A DNA stretch of 64,000 nt from an uncultured Chloroflexia bacterium. GTDB lineage: Bacteria; Chloroflexota; Limnocylindria; Limnocylindrales; CSP1-4. Both the position numbers and the translations under genes were made by a program. Shown here one piece after another: positions 37,780-46,649 of the stretch. Location: the NCBI GenBank assembly GCA_963776355.1, contig CAVZLU010000008.1, positions 1,218,679 to 1,282,678 of the forward strand. The letters are read 5' to 3'. The first letter of the stretch is position 1; every line of letters begins with the position of its first letter. The notes under the pieces were generated by a model. That model did no database searches. It saw nothing but the letters and a program-made list of their open reading frames with translations, and had not been told where the DNA came from.

Positions 37780-39339
37780 TCACCTCCTGGTCACGGCTGC
37801 GGCCCGGGTGGTGGCCAGGGCCGCCACGCCGTCCTTGAAGGCGCGGCCCCGGGCCGCGTAGTCGACGAACTGGTCGAAGCTGGCGGCCGCCGGCGAGAGC
37901 AGCACGGTCGCGATCGTGCCCGGAGCGGCCGCCGGGAGCAGCTCGCGGGCGATCGCGTCGGCGCGCGGGAGCGCGACGTCGAGCGTGCCTGCCTCCTCGA
38001 CGCGCGGCACGCCGGCCGCCCGCAGGAGCGCGGCCAGGTCGGGACCGCTCTCGCCGATCAGGACAGCGGCGGCGGCGTGCGCGGCGGCGACCGGACCGAG
38101 GCCCGACAGGTCCACGCCCTTGTCGCGACCGCCGGCGATCAGGACCAGCGGGGGGTCGAAGCTCCGCAGGGCCGCCGCCACGGCGTCGGGCTGCGTCCCC
38201 TGCGAGTCGTTGACGAATCGAACCCCGTCGATCTCGGCCACCAGCTCCAGGCGGTGCTCGACGCCCCGGAAGCTCGCGGCCTGGCGCCGGATCGCGTCGG
38301 GAGCGACGCCGAAGAGGAGGGCCACGCCAACGGCCGCAAGCAGGTTGGAGACATTGTGGCGGCCCGGCAGGGACAGCTCGCCGAGGGGCAGGATCCGGCC
38401 CGCCGGCCCCGCGGCGGCGACGCCTCCGCCCGCGAGCGGCAGGCGCTCGACGCCCGCCGCGACCACCCACCCGTCCACGATGCCGACCCCGCCGGGGATG
38501 GGCCGTTCCAGTCGATAGCACACGGTCGGCGTCGCGCCCAGGGCGGCATACGCGCCGACCACCGGGTCGTCGAGGTTGAGGACGAGGGCGCCGTCGGGAT
38601 CGACGAGCTCGGCCAGGCGACGCTTCACGCGCCGATAGGCCTCGAGCGAGCCGTGGCGATCGAGGTGATCCGCGGTGACGTTCGTGTAGGCGGCCACCGT
38701 CGTGCCACGGGTGAGGCTCGGGAGCTGCAGCTCGGAGATCTCGTCCACGACCCGGTCGGCGGACGCCAGCTCGAGGAGGTGGTCGATCAGGGGCGTGCCG
38801 ATGTTCCCCCCGAGGACGACGCGGTGGCCAGGGTCGCCGGCGAGGAGATGTGCGGCGAGCGACGACGTCGTGGTCTTGCCCTTCGTTCCCGTCACCCCGA
38901 CCGTCGGCGCCGGGCAGAGGCGCAGGAAGAGGTCGGGCTCCGAGACGAGCGCCGGCGCGCCCGCCCCGCCGGCGGCGGCCCGGGCCGCAAGCGCATCCAG
39001 GGCCGCCCGCAGGCGCGGCTCGGTCGTGGGGAATCCCGGCGTGATCGAGGGGCTGAACGCAACCAGCGCCGCACCGGCCCAGGTCGAGGATGGCTCGACC
39101 TCGGGACCGCAGGCAAGGGTTACCGGGCGACCTTCGAGGGCCGCCACCGCAGCGGCCAGGTCGCCGACGGGCTTGCCGTCGTAGACGGTGACGCGGGCGC
39201 CGGCGTCGACGAGGAAGCGGGCCAGGGCGGCGCCGGTGCGGGCCAGGCCGAGGACCGTCGCCGGCACGTTGCGCAGCGCCCCCGCGCGGACTCCCGCGAG
39301 CGTGAGGTGGTCGAGGTCGAGGCGGGCGTCGGTGCTCAT
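37780..39339 (-). CDS. murD: UDP-N-acetylmuramoylalanine--D-glutamate ligase
   Basis: MSTDARLDLDHLTLAGVRAGALRNVPATVLGLARTGAALARFL...GVTGTKGKTTT... The ATG at 39339 overlaps the mraY stop (ATGA). Confidence 0.9.
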   Translation of the reverse strand: MSTDARLDLDHLTLAGVRAGALRNVPATVLGLARTGAALARFLVDAGARVTVYDGKPVGDLAAAVAALEGRPVTLACGPEVEPSSTWAGAALVAFSPSITPGFPTTEPRLRAALDALAARAAAGGAGAPALVSEPDLFLRLCPAPTVGVTGTKGKTTTSSLAAHLLAGDPGHRVVLGGNIGTPLIDHLLELASADRVVDEISELQLPSLTRGTTVAAYTNVTADHLDRHGSLEAYRRVKRRLAELVDPDGALVLNLDDPVVGAYAALGATPTVCYRLERPIPGGVGIVDGWVVAAGVERLPLAGGGVAAAGPAGRILPLGELSLPGRHNVSNLLAAVGVALLFGVAPDAIRRQAASFRGVEHRLELVAEIDGVRFVNDSQGTQPDAVAAALRSFDPPLVLIAGGRDKGVDLSGLGPVAAAHAAAAVLIGESGPDLAALLRAAGVPRVEEAGTLDVALPRADAIARELLPAAAPGTIATVLLSPAAASFDQFVDYAARGRAFKDGVAALATTRAAAVTRR

Positions 39340-40313
39340 TCGAGCCGCTGCAGGGTCGCCAGGAAGAGGGTGATCCCCAGGAGCCCGGACAGCGCGCCCA
39401 CGATCCAGAAGCGCAGGGTGATCTTCGTCTCGGGCCAGCCACCGAGCTCGAAATGGTGGTGGAGGGGCGACATCCGGAAGATCCGCCTGCCCCCGCTGGC
39501 CTTGAAGTAGCCGATCTGCAGGATCACCGAGACCGTCTCGATGACGAACACGAGCCCGATCAGCGGCAGGATCAGGATCTGCCCGGTGATCAGGGCGATG
39601 ACCGCGAGCACCGCTCCCATCGAGAGCGAGCCGGCGTCCCCCATGAAGACCTGGGCGGGATGGGCGTTGAACCACAGGAATCCGAGGAGGGACCCGATCA
39701 GGAGGGCGCAGAGGATCGCGAGGTGCGGCTGGGCGGGGAGGTTCAGGAGAGCGATCACGAGGAAGGCGACGAACGAGAAGATGAGGGTCCCGCCGGCCAG
39801 GCCGTCCAGCCCGTCCGTCAGGTTGACGCCGTTGCTCATGGCGACGATGGCGAATGCGGCGAAGGCGATGTAGACCCAGGGGTGGATCGAGACGGCCCCG
39901 ACGAAGGGCACCGCGACCGCGACGATGTCGTAGGTGTCCTGGATCTGCCAGGCCGCGAAGAGGGCGACAGCGACCTGCCACAGGAGCTTCTGGCGGGCGC
40001 GGATGCCGTCGCCGGTGCGGGCGTTGAGCCAGTCGTCGGCGAGGCCGAGCCCGCCGACCAGGGCCAGGGTCGCCAGCGGGGCGAAGGTCGAGGCGTCGAC
40101 CAGGCCGAACAGCAGCGCGAGCGCGATCACCACTCCCAGGAGGAGCGCCCCGCCCGCGGTGGGCGTGCCCGCCTTCGCCAGGTGGCCCTCTGGACCCTCG
40201 ATCCGGATCTGCTTGGCGAAGCCGCCCCAGCGAATGAGCCGGATGAAGGCCGGCATCGTGATCACCACGATCGCGAACGCCAGCAGCATCCCCTGGATCA
40301 GCTCGACGGTCAC
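39336..40313 (-). CDS. mraY: Phospho-N-acetylmuramoyl-pentapeptide transferase
   Basis: 325 aa polytopic membrane protein with the conserved ...NLTDGLDGLA... and ...FMGDAGSLSMG... motifs. Confidence 0.9.
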   Translation of the reverse strand: MTVELIQGMLLAFAIVVITMPAFIRLIRWGGFAKQIRIEGPEGHLAKAGTPTAGGALLLGVVIALALLFGLVDASTFAPLATLALVGGLGLADDWLNARTGDGIRARQKLLWQVAVALFAAWQIQDTYDIVAVAVPFVGAVSIHPWVYIAFAAFAIVAMSNGVNLTDGLDGLAGGTLIFSFVAFLVIALLNLPAQPHLAILCALLIGSLLGFLWFNAHPAQVFMGDAGSLSMGAVLAVIALITGQILILPLIGLVFVIETVSVILQIGYFKASGGRRIFRMSPLHHHFELGGWPETKITLRFWIVGALSGLLGITLFLATLQRLE

Positions 40314-41806
40314 CGGGGGCCGTCCGCCGGCGCCGGGACGCCCGCGCGGAGAGCATCGACCAGGGATTCCAGGGCGGCCCCGCGCGAGGCCTTGACGAGA
40401 ACGGCGTCGCCTGCCCGCAGGATCACGTGCAGGATCGCGAGCGCCGCTTCGCGGTCGGCGGCAACGTGGATGCGGCCGGGATCGAGGCCCGCGTCCTCGG
40501 CTCCGGCGGCGATCCCGGCCGCCGGCTCGCCGACCACGACGAGCTCGGCCACGATGCGAGCCGCGGCGGCGCCGACCTCGCGGTGCCCGGCAGCATGGGC
40601 GGGGCCCAGCTCGAGCATCTCGCCCAGCACGGCGACCGGTCGTCCGGCGAGGCTGGCGAGGACCTCCAGCGCCGCCACCATCGCCGGCGGCGAGGCGTTA
40701 TAGGTGTCGTCGAGGATGGTGAGGCCGGGGGCCTCCACGAGGACGCCCCGGTGGGCCGAGGCCCGCCCCCACGGCGTCGCGAGCCCGCTCACGATTGCCT
40801 CGTCCCCAACCCCCGCGACCAGGGCGGCAGCGACTGCGGCCAGCGCGTTGTGGACGCTGTGGCGGCCCAGGGCGTCGATCGCGGCCGGGAACCGGGCAGC
40901 GCGCGGCGCGCCGGCCACCACCTCGAAGGCCATGCCCGCCGGTCCGCGTGACACGACCCCCCGGGCGGTGACGTCGGCTCCCGGATCCAGGCCATAGGTG
41001 ATGACTCGGGCGCGCGTGCGCGACCCGAACCGGCGTACTCGCTCGTCGTCGTGGTTGAGGATCGCCGTGCCGTCGGCCGGGAGTGCCTCGACGAGCTCGG
41101 CCTTGGCGTCCTCGATGGCCTCGATCGATCCGGCCCGCTCGAGGTGCACGGGGGCGACCGCGGTGACGATCCCGACCGATGGCCGGCCGAGCGCGGCCAG
41201 GGCCGCGATCTCGCCTCCCACGTACATGCCCATCTCGAGCACCGCGGCCCGGTGGTGTCGATCGAGGCGCAGGAGCGTGAGCGGCAGGCCGACCTCGTTG
41301 TTCTGGTTGCCCTCGCTCTTCAGGGTCGGCATCGCGGCCCCGAGGACGGCGGCCGTCGCGTCCTTCGTGGACGTCTTGGCCAGGCTGCCCGTGACCCCCA
41401 CCACGAGGGGCGCGAAGCGCGCCCGCCAGGCCGCGGCCACCTGGTGCAGGCCGGTCAGGGCGTTGTCGACCCGGACGACCGTCACGTCGCCCAGCGCCTC
41501 GAGCGCGCCGCGTTCGACGGTGGCGCTGACGAGCAGCGCCCCTGCGCCGGCGGCGACCGCGGCGCCCAGGTAGCGGTGACCGTCGGTCCGCTCACCGGGG
41601 AGGGCCACGAACAGGCAGCCGGGGGTGACGAGCCGCGAGTCCACGGCGCCGCCGCGAATCGGTCGAGCGGAGCGGCGAAGCAGCGTGCCCCCCGTGGCCG
41701 CGACGATGTCGTCGGCGGTGAGGGGGGCCGCGGGCGACGGGTCGGCGTCGTCCCGCGTGGCCGGCACGGTCGTCACGGCCGGGAGTGTCGCACAGGCCGG
41801 GCTCAC
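40310..41806 (-). CDS. murF: UDP-N-acetylmuramoyl-tripeptide--D-alanyl-D-alanine ligase
   Basis: N-terminus ...LTADDIVAATGGTLL..., ...GVTGSLAKTSTKD..., C-terminus ...DAVLVKASRGAALE, all typical of MurF rather than MurE. Confidence 0.85.
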   Translation of the reverse strand: MSPACATLPAVTTVPATRDDADPSPAAPLTADDIVAATGGTLLRRSARPIRGGAVDSRLVTPGCLFVALPGERTDGHRYLGAAVAAGAGALLVSATVERGALEALGDVTVVRVDNALTGLHQVAAAWRARFAPLVVGVTGSLAKTSTKDATAAVLGAAMPTLKSEGNQNNEVGLPLTLLRLDRHHRAAVLEMGMYVGGEIAALAALGRPSVGIVTAVAPVHLERAGSIEAIEDAKAELVEALPADGTAILNHDDERVRRFGSRTRARVITYGLDPGADVTARGVVSRGPAGMAFEVVAGAPRAARFPAAIDALGRHSVHNALAAVAAALVAGVGDEAIVSGLATPWGRASAHRGVLVEAPGLTILDDTYNASPPAMVAALEVLASLAGRPVAVLGEMLELGPAHAAGHREVGAAAARIVAELVVVGEPAAGIAAGAEDAGLDPGRIHVAADREAALAILHVILRAGDAVLVKASRGAALESLVDALRAGVPAPADGPR

Positions 41807-43641
41807 GGGGCCGCGGGACTGGGAGAGGCAGTCGCGCTCGGCGGTGCCGGGGCGATGTCGAGGTTCGCCATGGCGTCGGTGGCGATGCGCCGGAACAGCT
41901 CGAACGACTCGACCGGCATCTCGATGTCACCGATCCTCTGGACCGTCGGCTTGCCCTCCTCGATGCGGACGGCGACCACCGCGTCCGGGCGCGAGCGGCC
42001 GACGAAGCCGATGAACGAGTAGTTGAAGACGCCGGCCTTCCAGCGCCGCTTCGCCGCATCCCAGATCTGGGCCGTCCCGGTCTTGCCGCCGACGACGTAG
42101 CCCGGGATGAGGGTGCGGTCGTGGTAGAACGGCACCGCCATCGGCACCCGGCGCAGGATCCTGACCAGGTCGGCCGAAAGGGTCGGCGTCAGCACGCGGC
42201 CCCGGTCGCCAGCGGGCACGTCGGTGCTGCCGACGCGCTCGACCACGTGCGGGTTGGGGAGGATGCCGCCGTTGACCATCGCGCTGTAGGACGTCGCCAG
42301 CTGAAGGAGCGTTACGGCCACCCCCTGGCCGAACGAGCCGTTGGCGACGTCGATCTGGCGGTAGGCGACGCGGGCCGGGTCGCGCACGATGCCGCCGACC
42401 TCGCCGGCAAGGTCGATCCCCGTCGGGGCGCCGAAGCCGAGCCGGGTCCACGACCGGTACAGGACCCGGGCGGCCGCCTGCGGCGTCGCGCCGAGCGTGA
42501 GCGCCACCTTGCTCATGACCACGTTTCGCGACCAGGCCACCGCGTCCTGGAACGTGAGCCGGCCCTTGGAGCCCCTGTCGGCGTTGGTGACGAAGGCCTT
42601 GCCGCCGTCGAGCCGGAGGATTGCCTGGTCGCGCACGGCGGACGTCCGGGTGACGGCGCCGGCCTCGATGCTGGCGGCGGCGGTGACCATCTTGAAGACG
42701 GACCCCGGCTCGTAGACCGCCGAGATGACCGGGTCCAGGAACCGGCCCGGGCTCGCCGCGGCGATCGCCTGGTAGTCGTTCGCGTCATAGGCGGGGTAGG
42801 TCGCCTCGGCGAGGATCTCGCCGCTTGCCGGATCCATCACGACTCCCGAGACGCTCTTCGCCCGGTCCGCGACCCAGGCCGCGTAGACCTCGTGCTCGAG
42901 GGCGAGCTGGAGGCTGGCGTCGATCGTGAGGGTGAGGTCGGCGCCGGGGCTGCCGGCCTCGAGCACCTCGGCCGTCTCGAGGTTCGGCTGGCTCGACGCA
43001 TCGCGCTCCGCGAGCAGCACCTGGGGCGAGCCACCGAGGGCCTCCTGCCAGCGCCCCTCGATTCCGTACTGACCCTTGCCGTCGCGGTTCACGAAGCCGA
43101 GCAGGTGGGCGGCGAGCGTCGTCTTCGGGGCGCCGCCGTCGAGCGGATAGACCCGCACGGCCTCCGGCTCCAGGCGCACCTGCGAGAGGACGTGGGCGGC
43201 GAGCGCGTCGCGGACGGTCTGCGACTGCCAGGTGGTGAGCCCGTGGGCAAGGACCGCGTACGCCTGGCCGGACTCGAGCTTCTGGCGCAGGGCCGTCGCC
43301 TCGCTGCCGCCCAGGCCCAGGATCCCGACCAGCGTCCTGATCACGTTCTCCCGCTGCTCGAGCTCGGCGGCGGACCGGCCCGGGAGCTGGGCCGGGAAGG
43401 CAGCCAGGCGGTCGCGGCTGATCGACGTTGCCAGGGCCACGGTCCCGCTGCGGTCGTAGATCGTGCCCCGGACAGCCGGGACCTCGGTCCGCGTGACCAC
43501 CTGCTCGCGGGCCTGGGCCACGAGCCAGTCATGCCGGGCGAGCTGCCAGTAGCCCAGGCGCAGGACGCAGGCCGCCCCGACGACGAGGAGGGCCGCCAGG
43601 AGCAGGAGCGTCCGGGGGCGGCTGTCGGTCCGGCCGAGCAT
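41803..43641 (-). CDS. ftsI: Penicillin-binding protein 2 / FtsI-type transpeptidase
   Basis: 612 aa. N-terminal TM, PBP dimerisation domain and transpeptidase domain (...SVFK..., ...KTGT...). The stop overlaps the murF start. Confidence 0.85.
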   Translation of the reverse strand: MLGRTDSRPRTLLLLAALLVVGAACVLRLGYWQLARHDWLVAQAREQVVTRTEVPAVRGTIYDRSGTVALATSISRDRLAAFPAQLPGRSAAELEQRENVIRTLVGILGLGGSEATALRQKLESGQAYAVLAHGLTTWQSQTVRDALAAHVLSQVRLEPEAVRVYPLDGGAPKTTLAAHLLGFVNRDGKGQYGIEGRWQEALGGSPQVLLAERDASSQPNLETAEVLEAGSPGADLTLTIDASLQLALEHEVYAAWVADRAKSVSGVVMDPASGEILAEATYPAYDANDYQAIAAASPGRFLDPVISAVYEPGSVFKMVTAAASIEAGAVTRTSAVRDQAILRLDGGKAFVTNADRGSKGRLTFQDAVAWSRNVVMSKVALTLGATPQAAARVLYRSWTRLGFGAPTGIDLAGEVGGIVRDPARVAYRQIDVANGSFGQGVAVTLLQLATSYSAMVNGGILPNPHVVERVGSTDVPAGDRGRVLTPTLSADLVRILRRVPMAVPFYHDRTLIPGYVVGGKTGTAQIWDAAKRRWKAGVFNYSFIGFVGRSRPDAVVAVRIEEGKPTVQRIGDIEMPVESFELFRRIATDAMANLDIAPAPPSATASPSPAAP

Positions 43642-43645
43642 GAAG

Positions 43646-43957
43646 TCAGCGGGCCGGGACGATGAGGGGATCGACGAGCTGGCCGAGGCCGGCGTCGAGC
43701 GCCTGCTTGCGCACCGCCGGCTCGCGACCGAGCCGGTAGAGGTCGAGGCGGATCTGCTGCTGCTCGTCCACGAGGATCGTGCGCTCGACGCCGAGCTGGT
43801 CCCGCTCGACCTGGTTCGCCGAGACGCGGACGGTCTGCACCAGCGACACGAAGCCCAGGGCGAAGGCCACCACGATGCAGGCGACGAGGATCCCGGTCCG
43901 GCTCGAGCGGCGGCGCGCCCTGCTGGCCGTTTCGCCCCGCACCCGCCTGCGCGGCAT
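43646..43957 (-). CDS. ftsL: Cell division protein FtsL-like (septum formation initiator family)
   Basis: The internal ATG at 43957 opens a basic N-terminus, a TM segment (GILVACIVVAFALGFVSLVQ) and a coiled-coil-like tail. It sits between rsmH and ftsI. Confidence 0.55.
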   Translation of the reverse strand: MPRRRVRGETASRARRRSSRTGILVACIVVAFALGFVSLVQTVRVSANQVERDQLGVERTILVDEQQQIRLDLYRLGREPAVRKQALDAGLGQLVDPLIVPAR

Positions 43958-44052
43958 CCCGCCGCCGGGCTCGCGCGTCAGCTCGCGGCCGCGCGCCGGC
44001 CCGCGTCGCCCGAGGAGCCCCGCCCGCGGTCCAGCCCCCGCGTATCCCGCCA

Positions 44053-44250
44053 CTACTCCAACCCGACCCACGCCGTGCCATGGCGCTGGGACCGCAGCTC
44101 CAGGGCCGAGCCGACGGCCGGCGCGAAGGCCTCTTCGACGACGTCGCGCTCGAGGTCGTCGGCCTTCCATTCGCGATCGTGGCGCTCGCGGACCTCGTGC
44201 TGACGACGTCCGTAGGTGCGACGCCGGCTCGCCTGGTGGCGCTTGCTCAT
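44053..44250 (-). CDS. Hypothetical small basic protein (66 aa) between rsmH and ftsL
   Basis: The ATG at 44250 follows a strong GGGAGGG RBS. Sequence MSKRHQASRRRTYGRRQHEVRERHDREWKADDLERDVVEEAFAPAVGSALELRSQRHGTAWVGLE. It overlaps the 5' part of the longer ftsL-frame ORF. Confidence 0.3.
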   Translation of the reverse strand: MSKRHQASRRRTYGRRQHEVRERHDREWKADDLERDVVEEAFAPAVGSALELRSQRHGTAWVGLE

Positions 44251-44281
44251 CGTCCGGGCCCTCCCTGGCGCGGGGCGCGGC

Positions 44282-45226
44282 TCATGCGGCGAGCCGCTCG
44301 GCAGTCCGGAGCCGGGCGCTCCGGGCACGGGGATTGGCGGCGACCTCGGCCTCCGTGGGCACCAGCGGCTGGGAGCCGATGGGGCGGAGGCGCGGCACCC
44401 GGCCGCACACGCAGACGGGGAAGCTCGGGGGACAGGTGCAGCCGCGGCGCTCGGCGGCGACGAAGCGCTTCACGAGCCGGTCCTCGAGCGAGTGGTAGGC
44501 GAGAACGACGAGGCGACCGCCCGGCCGCAGGAGCTCGAGCGACGCCTCGAGGGCGGCCTGCAGGGCCTCGAGCTCGTCGTTGACCGCGATCCGGACGGCC
44601 TGGAAGACGCGCGTGGCCGGATGGAGGCGGCCGCGGGGCCCCGGACGCCGCGGCACGACGCGTTCCACGAGGCCGGCAAGCTCTTCGGCCGTTGCGATCG
44701 GCGCGTCGCGCCGGGCCTCGACGATCGCCCGCGCGATGCGTCGCGCATGCGGCTCTTCGCCATAGCGCCGGAACAGGTCGACGAGGGCGGCCTCGTCGAG
44801 GCGCCGGAGCAGCGCCGAGGCGGCCTCGCCCCGCGACGGATCAAAGCGCATGTCGAGCGGACCGCCGGCGCGGAACCCGAACCCGCGACCGGCGTCGGCC
44901 AGCTGGAACGAGCTCAGGCCGAGGTCCAGCAGGATCCCGTCGACGGCGCCAAATCCGGCCGCCGGCGCGACCTCCCCGAGCGACCGGAAGTTCACCTGGC
45001 GCAGCACCAGGCGGTCGCCGAACCGGGCGAGCCGCTCCCCCACCCGCGCGATCGCGGCGGGATCGGCGTCGAGCCCGAGGACGCGCCCGTCCGGGCTGGC
45101 GGCTTCCAGGATCCGCTCGGTGTGCCCACCGCCACCGATGGTGCAATCGACATGGAGGCTGCCGGGGCGCGGGGCGAGCATCGTGATGACCTCCTCCGCG
45201 AGCACCGGCTGGTGCCCTTGCTGCAT
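44282..45226 (-). CDS. rsmH: 16S rRNA (cytosine1402-N4)-methyltransferase
   Basis: The internal ATG (MQQGHQPVLAEEVITMLAPRPGSLHVDCTIGGGGHTERIL...) gives a canonical RsmH/MraW N-terminus. The upstream part of the ORF is spurious. Confidence 0.85.
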   Translation of the reverse strand: MQQGHQPVLAEEVITMLAPRPGSLHVDCTIGGGGHTERILEAASPDGRVLGLDADPAAIARVGERLARFGDRLVLRQVNFRSLGEVAPAAGFGAVDGILLDLGLSSFQLADAGRGFGFRAGGPLDMRFDPSRGEAASALLRRLDEAALVDLFRRYGEEPHARRIARAIVEARRDAPIATAEELAGLVERVVPRRPGPRGRLHPATRVFQAVRIAVNDELEALQAALEASLELLRPGGRLVVLAYHSLEDRLVKRFVAAERRGCTCPPSFPVCVCGRVPRLRPIGSQPLVPTEAEVAANPRARSARLRTAERLAA

Positions 45227-45285
45227 GCCAACTCCACCATCGACGTGCGGATCCCGGACGGATCCTGGAAGCGCATGTAGTGCCG

Positions 45286-45717
45286 CTAGATGCCCAAACC
45301 CGAGAAGTGGCGCGCCAGCTCGTCCGGGTCCTCGAGCGCCTTCCGGTAGTCGTCCCAGCCGGCCGGCGTCCAGATCTCCGCGTGGTCGAGCGAGCCCACG
45401 ATCACTGCTTCGCTGCCCAGCCCCGACGCCTCGCGCAGGTAGGACGGCAGGACGAAGCGTCCCTGGGCGTCCCACAGCACCTCGACGGCATTGGCGAACA
45501 CGAAGCGACTGAACAGGCGGGCACCCGCGTTCTCCACGGTCGGGAGCGCCGCGACCTTCGCGGCGAGGCGCTCCCACTCCGCGCGTGGCCAGATGGCGAG
45601 ACAGGAGTCCATCCAGCGGGAGACGAACGCTCCGCTGTCGAGCTGCGCTCGGAACTTCGCGGGGACGGCGAGCCGCCCCTTCGCGTCCACCGAGTGCCGG
45701 TACTCGCCGGTGAACAC
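45286..45717 (-). CDS. mraZ: Transcriptional regulator MraZ
   Basis: The GTG at 45717 opens VFTGEYRHSVDAKGRLAVPAKFRAQL...WDAQGRFVLPSYLRE..., two MraZ repeats. Confidence 0.85.
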   Translation of the reverse strand: MFTGEYRHSVDAKGRLAVPAKFRAQLDSGAFVSRWMDSCLAIWPRAEWERLAAKVAALPTVENAGARLFSRFVFANAVEVLWDAQGRFVLPSYLREASGLGSEAVIVGSLDHAEIWTPAGWDDYRKALEDPDELARHFSGLGI

Positions 45718-46014
45718 CAGTCCGGGATCCTTCTGGTCCGCCCCGGGGCCGGCGTGGGTCCCTCCACCTGCCGCTCCGGAATCACCACTTGGCACCACTC
45801 AGTGCCACTGGGATGGGATGATACACCGCCGCCCCCGGCCGTCAATGACGAATCCGGCGGGCGCGACGTCGGGGGAACGGGCGCTCGCGCCCTGCCGGCC
45901 TGGACGGAGTCCGGTGGCACCGGCCCGGACCCCGCAGTACCTTCTGCGCCTTGCGTGCCATTGCCACCCGGTGCTAGGCTGCGCCGCCCAACGTTCCCAC
46001 CACCTGCCCCGAGG

Positions 46015-46266
46015 ATGTCCGGCCAGATGGCCCTCGCCGAGCCGATCGTCGCGCCCACCACGGAGGCCTACCTGGCCGCGCCGCGGATCAAGCGCTGCAC
46101 GTTCCGCCGGGTGACAGCCGTGGACCGGCTCCGCGAGCGGATCTACGACGTGGACTGCCTCTTCCCGGACCGCGCCCTGCCGATGCCCCTCGGCGACATG
46201 GAGGGCGCCTTCCCCATCTGCAACGCCTGCACGGCGGCGGGGATCTTCCGGGCCGACGAGGACTGA
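46015..46266 (+). CDS. Hypothetical small protein with four Cys (83 aa), divergent from mraZ
   Basis: MSGQMALAEPIVAPTTEAYLAAPRIKRCTFRRVTAVDRLRERIYDVDCLFPDRALPMPLGDMEGAFPICNACTAAGIFRADED. It has a CxxC pair plus two further Cys. No domain recognised. Confidence 0.3.
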   Translation: MSGQMALAEPIVAPTTEAYLAAPRIKRCTFRRVTAVDRLRERIYDVDCLFPDRALPMPLGDMEGAFPICNACTAAGIFRADED

Positions 46267-46285
46267 CCCGCCCCGGGCACGGGCC

Positions 46286-46641
46286 GCGTCAGCGAGGCGG
46301 CCTGTACGCCGGGTTCTGTGCCGCGCCCCGCGGGGATGCGGCGACGGTCATCCATCTGGGCCGCCGGTTGCCCGACGGCTCGTGCGGCCGACCCGAGAGC
46401 TCCGACGGCGCGCCGGTGTCCCGGCAAGCCGGGACGCGCTCTCCTATTTGGCCTTGCTCCGGGTAGAGCTTGCCGCGTTTCACCCCGCCGTCGGTCACCC
46501 GGCGGCGGACTCGTCTCTGTGGCGCTGGTCCTCGCCTCGCGGCGGACGGGCGTTACCCGCTACCCTGCGCCGTGGAGCCCGGACGTTCCTCACCGCGCCG
46601 GTTGCCCGGCACCGCGCGACCGTCCAGCCGCCTCGCTGACC
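46286..46641 (-). ncRNA. rnpB: RNase P RNA, bacterial type A (rnpB)
   Basis: The minus strand contains GGTGAGGAACGTCCGGGCTCCACGGCGCAGGGTAGCGGGTAACGCCCG and ACAGAACCCGGCGTACAGG (P4 and conserved regions). The 5' GTCAGCGAGGCGGC pairs perfectly with the 3' GCCGCCTCGCTGAC to form P1. It fills the ~380 nt gap between two protein genes, and ORF 46289..46498(-) is therefore spurious. Confidence 0.85.
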
Positions 46642-46649
46642 AGGGGATT

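Noticed and set aside
46289-46498. 69 aa minus-strand ORF in the SGNH/small-protein gap
   Set aside because: It lies entirely inside the RNase P RNA gene and simply translates the structured RNA.
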